Below, piece by piece: positions 55,292-64,000 of a stretch of 64,000 bases of DNA. The first letter of the stretch is position 1, and each line of letters opens with the position of its first letter. This DNA is from the human T2T-CHM13v2.0 reference genome, Homo sapiens. The stretch lies in NCBI RefSeq assembly GCF_009914755.1, contig NC_060926.1. One strand, 5' to 3'. Made by a program: the position numbers and the translations under genes. The notes under the pieces are model-generated. The model ran no database searches and was not told the origin of the DNA. It worked only from the letters and a program-made list of their open reading frames with translations.

Positions 55292-56875
55292 GTGTGTGTG
55301 TGTGACCTTATCATGGAGAAACACTGAAAATACTATCAAATCTTTGTGGTCTGCAAACTCAGAGCTTCCAAAGCTTGAGATAGGAAATGACACTTCTGTT
55401 AAGCCTGAATGTTGCAGGATCTCGGGGAAAGGGATAGTTGAGATGGAATATACATTTGTCGATTCTGCAGACCAAGCTTTGCAGCGAGTGATCGGGAGGA
55501 ATCGTAGACTTGCATGTACTTACACCTCGCTCCCTGAGATTCGGGAGGCACGGAAAATTTTGGGATGGCTGTTAATTTAAAATTTCATCTGAAAGAGTCG
55601 ATTTGGAGTAACTTGTCACTACCAGTTGGTTTGCCAGTGACGTGTCTGCCAACTCAAAGAGTGCAAAGATCAGAAGCTGAAAGAGGAATTCTCAGATCTT
55701 GTTTAAAAATATTTTGGCAGTTTTAATAGATAATATGAGATTGCATAGGAACAGAGGAGCCGAATTTAAAATAGATTAGTCACGTAGGAAATGCTTAGCT
55801 GTTGTAAAAGTGTTCACGCAATGACTTACCTTCCTAGGTTTTCACTTTTTTGAAAATTTTTCCCTGAACAACATACTGAATTATGATATTTCATAATTTG
55901 TGTGTGGGTTATAAGAAGTATGAGGAGAGAGGATGCATAGGATTTGCTTTTTCTGTTTTGGGTGGAGATTGAGCTTTTCCTGAAGACCTGAAAGAGCTGC
56001 TTCTGATCTAATCTGAGTGCCAGTAAAAGTGGCTCTTAGATGAAAGGCTTTTTCTTCTCCATATTGGTGTCATTTAAGACATACAATATTATCTTTAAGT
56101 TTAAAAGATTATATTTTGTCATCGGTATTAACATACAAATAAGGGTTTTCTTGAGTCTTTGTAGATGACTGGCTAGGTCAGCCTTTTTTATCCCTGATTT
56201 GGGTATTAGATATTGGAACATTAGGTCTTGAAAGAAAATTTCAAGGAACTTCTGGAAGAAGCTTTCTTGTTTCAATTTTATTATTTTTACCATTTTGCAC
56301 TAAAGTTAATATGCCATTTCGAGATTAAAAATGTTTTTTTCCCGACTCTGATGGTCTCTTGTTACTTGTGAAGGTATCAATAATAATGTAATAATGACAA
56401 CATTGAGGAACTGTAGATTTTTATTTTATTCTGCCTGCTAATTATGGATGTAATTCAAATGACAGAAATTCTTAGGATTACTATGGTTGTTACAAGGACA
56501 TTTAGTAAGCTTATATGTCTAGTAAATAACTTGATCTATCTAAAAAATACTTTATCTCATCTTATTTCAAAATTATTCAGTTGAGTAATCTCTTTTTTGT
56601 AAGTGGCAAATAACATCCACTGTCGTATGAGAAAGTTAATAGATGTTTATTCTCCTTGTTAGAGAAACACTGAAAGCATTAGGTATTTTCATCACGGTAT
56701 AGCTAAGAACCTATTGGTTTATTAAAGATTTTGGGGGTTTGCACTGTGGATGCTTCTTTGAAAGAAGAAATTATAAACTGGGGGACATCTTTGATGAATT
56801 TGTTAATGAACTTTAAATATTTAAAGTTCAGGTTGGATGAAAACAGAAGTATGTCAGTTTCTAAAGAAAATATAG

Positions 56876-56960
56876 ACATGGGGTCTCGCTGTGTTGCCCA
56901 GGTTGGCCTCAAACTCCTGGGGCCAAGGGATTATCCCACCTTAGCCTCCGAAGTTATGTC
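56876..56960 (-). mobile_element. FLAM/Alu fragment
   Basis: ggggtctcgctgtgttgcccaggttggcctcaaactcctgg. Confidence 0.8.
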
Positions 56961-58212
56961 AGGTTTCATTGGCCTAAGACTTAGGACTCATTTATTCCAT
57001 TATAACAAGCCTGGAGCTGTTTTTTGTGAGTGCTATTTATGTACATTTTTGGAAATGAAATCTTTGTAAAATTTACCTTTAAATGCAAAGCTGTGTTTTG
57101 GATGGAAGTGACCATTTTATAATATGTTTTGAACAGTTTAAGATCATGCTAATGTATAATCAACCCGTCTATGCATATTTCATTGTGGAATTTGCTAAAC
57201 ATATTATAGCATAAATAATACCCACTTGAGCATAATAGAAGATTGCTAGACCCTTTGCTTTGGATTTATTTTTATCTTACCTGCTTCTTTTATCCTTTTC
57301 AACAGTAGAATGAAGAATGGTACAATTGTTATATTAAGTGCAAATTCCCTTTCTGATCTGACATGTTCAATAACTCATACAACAGTAGAATATACTCCTT
57401 AAACTTAATAATGGAGCAAGTGGGAAATTTGACAAGTTGATGCTTGGAAAAAATAGTAATCCTCATCTTGTGAGAATTCACACAGCTAAAACATGCCATT
57501 AAGCTTTCAAAGAGTTTGTCATTTCTCAATACATTGTATTTAGGGGGTAACCCATTAATTTGCATGGTATATTAATTTAATGATTTTTACAGAGAAACTT
57601 CTGAAAAGGTGAAAAAAACTTATAAATATTGCCTGCATACTCTGTGCTCAGTGGGTACTTAATGTTTGTTGAATGACTTGATGGTTGGTTGGTTAAGAAT
57701 TTCCAGCCATTGTACGAAATGCTAGTATTTGCCTATTGTTACTATAGTTAAATGAATAAATACATAGTTACCATTTAGCAAAATCTGGTTTAGTTTTTTC
57801 TAATTTTGGCAAGTAAATTTAACCTCACACTGAATATTTTTATTAAAATTTTAAGGTGTCTCTAAAATTTTTTTCCAGCTTCATTCATTCCATTCAGAAT
57901 TTAGAAACGAATCAATAAGAGACAACATTTTAAGTTTCCCAAATTACAGTCAATTCATTAGAAGGTATATATTTAATTCATAGCTAAGATCCAGAAGTAT
58001 CTTGACTTATATGGTACACCACTGAATGCTTACTAATATGTGTGCCTAGGTAAATCACTGGAAGCTTGAAACACATACATGGGAGTTAGTACCTAGGCCA
58101 ACCCTACAATCTTAAGTAACCCATAAAGTGTAGCTGAACTATATTTAATCATTTTAGCTTGAGTTCTGGGTCTAGGATGAGAATAAAAGCGAAAATAATT
58201 AATTGCATAGAG

Positions 58213-58386
58213 CAAGCTTGTCCAACCCGAGGCCTGTGGTTGCATGCAGCCCAGGAGGGCTTTGAATACGGCCCAACACAAATGCATAAACTTTCTTATC
58301 AGCTATCGTTAGTGTATTTTTTGTGTGGCCCAAGACAATTCTTCTTCCAGTGTGGCTCAGGGAAGCCAAAAGATTGGACACCCCTG
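58213..58386 (-). mobile_element. MER30 (hAT-Charlie)
   Basis: caagcttgtccaaccc..gtggcccaagacaattcttcttcca..aagccaaaagattggacacccctg; 8-bp flanks gcatagag / acacagag. Confidence 0.88.
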
Positions 58387-59699
58387 ACACAGAGGCTCAT
58401 CCTTCCCTAAATCAAATTCTTGTTTGTTATAAACCTTTTCTGTTTCAGCCTCTCGTGTACCCATTTCACCCTTCTCTCAGGCCCCTGTACCTTCAAGCTA
58501 TACTCTCCTGAACTTGGAATACTTCAGAGGCTCTAAGTGTAGTCTTTCTGTCCTCAGATTTCCTATTTTCATTGTCCCCATTTCCCATCTCAATCTTTCA
58601 TTAATGTGCATCAGATCTTGTCTAGATGTTAAGAAGAAAACAATCTGATGGAACTAATTTACCTTTATCTGTAAATGACTCATGAGCTCTTAACTCTTCC
58701 CAAGGTTTTTCACATTTTTTGTAAGTCTGTAAGAGGTTGCTATTAACTCAGATAATTTTAAAGTAAAAATTGCAGGCTGTGTTGGGGGAAGGAATTTCTA
58801 GTCTTATGCATAAATAAGTCAGGCCTTACTAGGATTTTGCCCGTGGTTTCTTCCCACTCCTGGAAGTGTGTTCATATGTGTATTGCTATATATGTTTGTG
58901 TATGTGTATCTAATAATGATTCCCATAGCATGGAGGGAAGAAGATGCAAGAATAGTGATTATAAATCCCTTTGAGTGTATGGATCATTAATGAGATAGAT
59001 ATTTGATGATAACTTACACCGTGTTTAATTTATAGGAACAGAGAAGAAAAAGACCTAGGATCTCATGACTGAACTTGAATTCTTAAAAGGCAGGTGTTGG
59101 GGCCGGACTCGTTGCATGATGTATAACACTAACCACTTGTAGTTCCTGTATTGGCAGGAACTTTTGCTTTCTTGGGAGAATAGCCATGTTATAGGAGTGC
59201 ACCGTATAGCTTTTTAAGAAAGAAGAAGTATTAAGGATGAGAGAATGAAAAGGATTGTAGGTAAAGTAACAGGATGCCCTGTTATTGGATTGGCAATTCA
59301 TTGAGATACTGGTTTACACAGAAGGCCTCCCCTTTGGAATATGAAAGGTTGCTGATCAGATTCTGACTCAGACATTGGGTTTCATTGCACAGCAACCTTT
59401 CCAGAGATGTTATTCATCATTGAAACTTTGCTAGGAATAAATCGGGATAAAAGAGTAATGAAACCTAATTCCTACCCTTGGGGTGCTTATAACCTAACAG
59501 TGACTTGTTCTGCAGAGCCAGGCAGGTTGCCTTCCTTGTGCCATGACTCCTTCACAGCTGCACAGCATTTACCACATTGTTTAAGTCTCTGCTTCTTGTC
59601 TCTCCTTGCTCTTAACTGACTCTCCATGAAGGACTGTCTTTCCTCTGTTCCCCAGAACTGGCTTAGTTGTTGGTGTTATTTGAATAAGTTCAAAATGTA

Positions 59700-60900
59700 A
59701 GAGAGACAAAGTGTTGCAGGGTTCAGAGAAGGGAGATGACAGCTGCAGCCAGGGGTAGTGGGAAAGACATTTTGGGAAAGGCTGTGAAGGTTGGAGGGAG
59801 AGAGGATGCCTGGCACAGGGGCAGGGAAGTGGAAGGCATATTTGAGGAATGCCTAGTGTATCTGCTTGGCACAAGTATATGGGCATGTTAAGGAACAGAG
59901 AGAAGGCTGGAAAGATAGGCTTGGGTCTGGGATGCCTATATGAGTAGTTTGGATTTCTTTCTCTATGCACTGGTGGAGAAGTTCGCAAATCTGTAAACTT
60001 GGCATTGCAGTGTGGGATCTATTGAAGGTGAAGGAGCTTTTTTCAAAATTGGGGCAAGAAGCAATGAACACTAGAATTTGGTGCTTTTGAGGCAGAGAAA
60101 GAAGTGGTGGTGTAGCCTAAGGACATGTAGATTTGAGGAAGAAAGAAGAAAAAGCAAAAATGGAATCCAAACTTACTTAAATCCGGGAAACTGAAAGACC
60201 AATGGTGCAACTGAAAGAACTAAGAGAGTTGGAAAGAGTAGACTTGGGAATCTGGAAGAAGGGCAGAAAATGAGAGAATGTACTTGATTTTGGACACATC
60301 AAATTTGAGGTTTTGACAATGCCCAGGTGGAATGCCAAATTACAGTTCAGAAGAACAGTTTGGGCTGATGGTTCTGAACTTTTCAGGTGTGAGGATAGCT
60401 TTTTAAATAAAAACTTGCAAATATTTATGACTACTTTTAGTATTTGTTTTTTGAGAATACATGTAAAGACAAAACAAAAATTCAGCTATACTGTTAAGTG
60501 AGTTTTACTGAATAACAGAAGTGTCTATTTACCTTCATTTGCAAAGTAGACGTGTGTGAGAGGCATCTTTTTCACTCAGCAGTTGGTGCTTTGTGTGTAT
60601 TTGGATTTGAGAACACTTGGAGTGACTCCATGGCTCTTGTCCAAGCTACAAATACAGATTTGGAGGTCATCTGCCTATAGTGATAATTAAAGCCTGGGAA
60701 TGGGTGAGATCATCAAAAGAAAATTATGGACACACAATAGAAAAGAGATGTAATATAAAAATTTGGAGAATTCTTAGAATATAATAGGTGAAAGAAGGAA
60801 AAACAAATAATATAGCATTACCAAAGTAAGGTGAAGAGCATCTCAAGGAGTGATACCATGCAGCAGACAGATTAATGAGAGAGAGGCCCAGAGTTTTGAT
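59700..60900 (-). mobile_element. Degraded L2 fragments
   Basis: Purine-rich antisense L2-like motifs (ttttggacacatcaaatttgagg, gatttggaggtcatctgc..gagatcatc). Confidence 0.5.
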
Positions 60901-61287
60901 AGAATGGTGAGCCCAGAAAACAAGCTGGCCTGAGTCAGGTTTGAAGGAATGGTTCTTCTTTTCTCTAGTGACAATTAAAGCCCTCTGTCCTATCAAAAAA
61001 TCCTCACATCCCAGCTTGGAGACTGTCAGGGAAATTTTGTTTTCCATAGCGAAACAGGAGTTGACCGGTAGTTTTGTGGGCCAGACTAGCTCCCTGCTTC
61101 ACTTAGCACAGTTGGAATCTGGCAGGTGACTGATGCTACCCTGTAAGGAGCCAAAGTGAATTTTAAAAAAAGTTTTGGAACAAATGATTACCGTTTAAAA
61201 GATCAGTGAATAACAACAACAAATGGTCTTAAATTAATGCATTGTTTAATTCCTCTTCCCCTAACATCATTGGGATTCTTTTTATAG

Positions 61288-61464
61288 GACTGAGCAGGGG
61301 GAGGAACATTTAAGCTGATGGAAGTGGAAGTGGAAGTTGCTGTACATTGGCAGCAAGGCCTCCGAGTTAGCTTTTGAATGCAGTTAACTGGTTTCTCTTA
61401 ACTGTGGAATTCATTGAAAAGTCAGACTCCGAGTGGTCGTTCCAGGATATCTTGAAAAGCCCAG
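61288..61464 (+). other. NAB1: NAB1 exon 3 (5'UTR, last before the coding exon)
   Basis: Branch point CTAAC at 61261-61265, acceptor ttctttttatag|gac, donor CCAG|GTAACA; end matches my recall of the NAB1 leader ...gatatcttgaaaagcccag. Confidence 0.78.
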
Positions 61465-64000
61465 GTAACAGTAGTTTTCAGCTGAGTGGATTTACAATAC
61501 TCTAAGCTACCTGTATATAACGTGTTAAGGACCCATTTTATATTTACTTCAGATTGGAGAGAGGCAGGTAGAAGCTTTCTTTTGACTTATTTGACCTTCA
61601 TGTTGAATCATTAATGGTTATAGATTTTATGAAAACAGAAAATCTTGTAAAAGTTTTCTTTCAAATCACATCAAGTTCATGTATGAAGGGGTGGGTGTTT
61701 AAATTATCACAGCCGGCTTTGGAAGGAAACTGAAACATTCTCTTAAAGCAAAAGCTTAGGAGGAGAACTCCTTTTCCAGTAGTAAGTGTGGGCCTCTAGA
61801 AAGCCTCCAGGGACCGAATTGGTTACTTAGTTATGTTGCATCTGTTATCTTGGCTTTGGAAATGTACACTTGGTCCTATCAGTCTTTATGGAGATATTAT
61901 ATTCATAACTACTTTCTTACCCATGCAGAGGGCTTTCTCTTAAGAACTAGGGGGTTTCATTTTTTTTTTAAGTGGGTAAAGATGAGAAAGGATAAAACTT
62001 GAAAATTATTTTCTAAAATCATTGCCTTATCTCAGAAGAATAAAATATAAGCTTGAGTCTTTTAGTTCTTAAGTTTCTCTTTTGTATTTGTCTAACATAT
62101 ATTTTTTCTTATTGCTCATAAAAAGATTTAAAAGTATTTTTCCAGATTTCCTCATGTAATCTCTCCTCTATTCCATAATGTGAGGAGCACATATGCTGAG
62201 TTAATTGATCACCCTGTAAACCTTGCAAAGTTACAGTCCTCTTATTAAAAAAAGATAGTGTGTGTACTACTGAGAAGCCCCATGTCTTGGAGCTTCTGTG
62301 TCTTCCACAGTCTATTTTGATCATGTGTATGTATATACACATTACACATGTACTTTTTTTTTCTGTATTGCGTTGAAAGCCTATGGAGGAATTGCACGAG
62401 GTGTATGATAGGAAAGTAAATGTCCTTTCTTCCACCTCCAACACTTTATAGCAGCCCTTCTATTTGGTATAGTGTAGTTTAATATAGCTCTAAACTTGGG
62501 TCTGTAACTCCTGAGAGCTCTGTTTTTGTGAGTTAGTGCCCAGGTGGATGATAGATTCTCCCTGGAGTGGGAGGACAGGCAGAGCCTCCTTTAGGTGATT
62601 TAGAAGATGCAAGAACGTTTTTATCCAGAGGACTGAGGTGGCATGAATGTGAAGGTTGACCTAAAGAATTACCTGGGTCATCACAGTACCTGTAGGAGTT
62701 TGTGGTGCCCGGAGGATTTATTAAGTAGGAATCTTGTGCAGTGTGTCATATTTGCCTAATCATGGAAGTCTCCTGAGATGCATCTCAGGCACCTGGGAAA
62801 CTGTATTTTTCAAAAGCACCCCAGGTGATTTCCTGGGTTTTAGTAGAAGCTACTGGGCCCTAATTCAGCCTTTGTTGTCTTTTGGGAAGTCATCAGGTAA
62901 CCTGGTTATGCCCATACTAGCCCTTGCAAAGAAAGAGACATAAAATTTGCGGAAGTCAAAACAGATGTGGATGACACAGAGGTTCCAGGAGATGGGACTT
63001 CCGGTAGTCAGTGCTTAGAGTGGTAGGGACACCCATTCTCCTGGCTTGGAGTGACTGAGACTAGAATTTTGTGTAGCATTCTGATTGGTGGCATAAAACA
63101 AAAGTCCCAAGTTCAGTGACTTCTTGGCTTTCAGGGACGTCCCAGTTAACTATTGCTGCATACTGTCAGAGTTGAGAGTGGGTCTTCCATTTTTCTCTGA
63201 TGCACATATTCTTTTAGCCTTCTGTTATTTTCTCCATAGAGGGCTACAGGGTACTTTTAATCCTAAGGGTGCATTTGATTACAACAAGTTTATTTGTTTC
63301 TCTTAAATGGAAGTACTTGGCCAACTCCTCTTTGTATGTGGGAGGTCTCCAGGCAACTGTGAACAACTTTTAAAGGCTGCTAAGAGGTCAAGAAGTACTT
63401 TGCTGAGTCTTGTTCTGTCTCTTTAAAAACAGACTTCTTTGTCTTGCTTGGGCTCAAAAAGTATGTTTCTTCCTTGGCTCTGTCTTAGGCTTTCTGCTGC
63501 TGCTTTGGAGTGATCACCCACCCTCCTTATTTTATCCTACAGCCCTCTCCCTGATACGTAGTTAGATTCTAGTCTATTATTTTGCATGCAGGGCCATTCT
63601 ACATAAGCCTTCTACCCTGTGCCATGTGCGAGTGCCATGTGTTTGAAAGGGAATCCCATCATCCTCATTTTTCTGTGTCTCCAGTGCCTGTTAGAATTCT
63701 GAACTCTCAGATGTAATCTCGTAGTCACCTGTAACTCTTCCCTTAAACCACAGAGTGTCAATAAATGGTAACTGTTTTCTTCATCAATAAATGTCAATAA
63801 AGAGTAACTTCCTTCCTCACTTAGATCTAAGTGATCACCAAGTCTTGTCAGTTACTTGTTTGACTTTTCTCTACCTCTTCTTTCTTGATTCCTAAATTAA
63901 CACCTTCTATTTCTCACCTCCAATTCATACTGAAATCTATCTTCCTCTGCCTGCCAGACTCATCTTGCTCATTTTTTCTCTATAAAATGGGAATAACTGT

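Noticed and set aside
61465-64000. Search for the first NAB1 coding exon (MAAALPRTLGELQLY...)
   Set aside because: Not present in the window, so no NAB1 CDS is called.

Overview
Primate (human-like) genomic DNA, roughly half interspersed repeats (Alu, L1, L2, MIR, MaLR/ERV LTRs, Tigger/Charlie/mariner DNA transposon fossils), with no prokaryotic-type features. A large CpG island at ~53.5-55.05 kb drives a + strand gene with three non-coding 5' exons visible from splice signals (..54669, 55155-55291, 61288-61464). I recognise it from memory, not from a search, as NAB1; its coding exons would lie just beyond the window. A minus-strand coding exon at 12283-12448 matches my recollection of an alternative N-terminus of the neighbouring NEMP2 gene, implying a long divergent transcript from the same island. 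Best candidates for a second look: (1) six uORFs in the spliced NAB1 leader, the first starting MGAGAS (myristoylation-type motif) with its stop codon as the last 3 nt of exon 1; (2) the alternative NEMP2 exon lacking a signal peptide; (3) a 44.5-46.2 kb segment combining ~105-bp direct repeats, a near-perfect palindrome and a ~106-bp tandem duplication; (4) clustered EGR sites in the promoter of an EGR co-repressor. Repeat subfamily names and boundaries are by eye and approximate. I see no convincing wholly new biological system.
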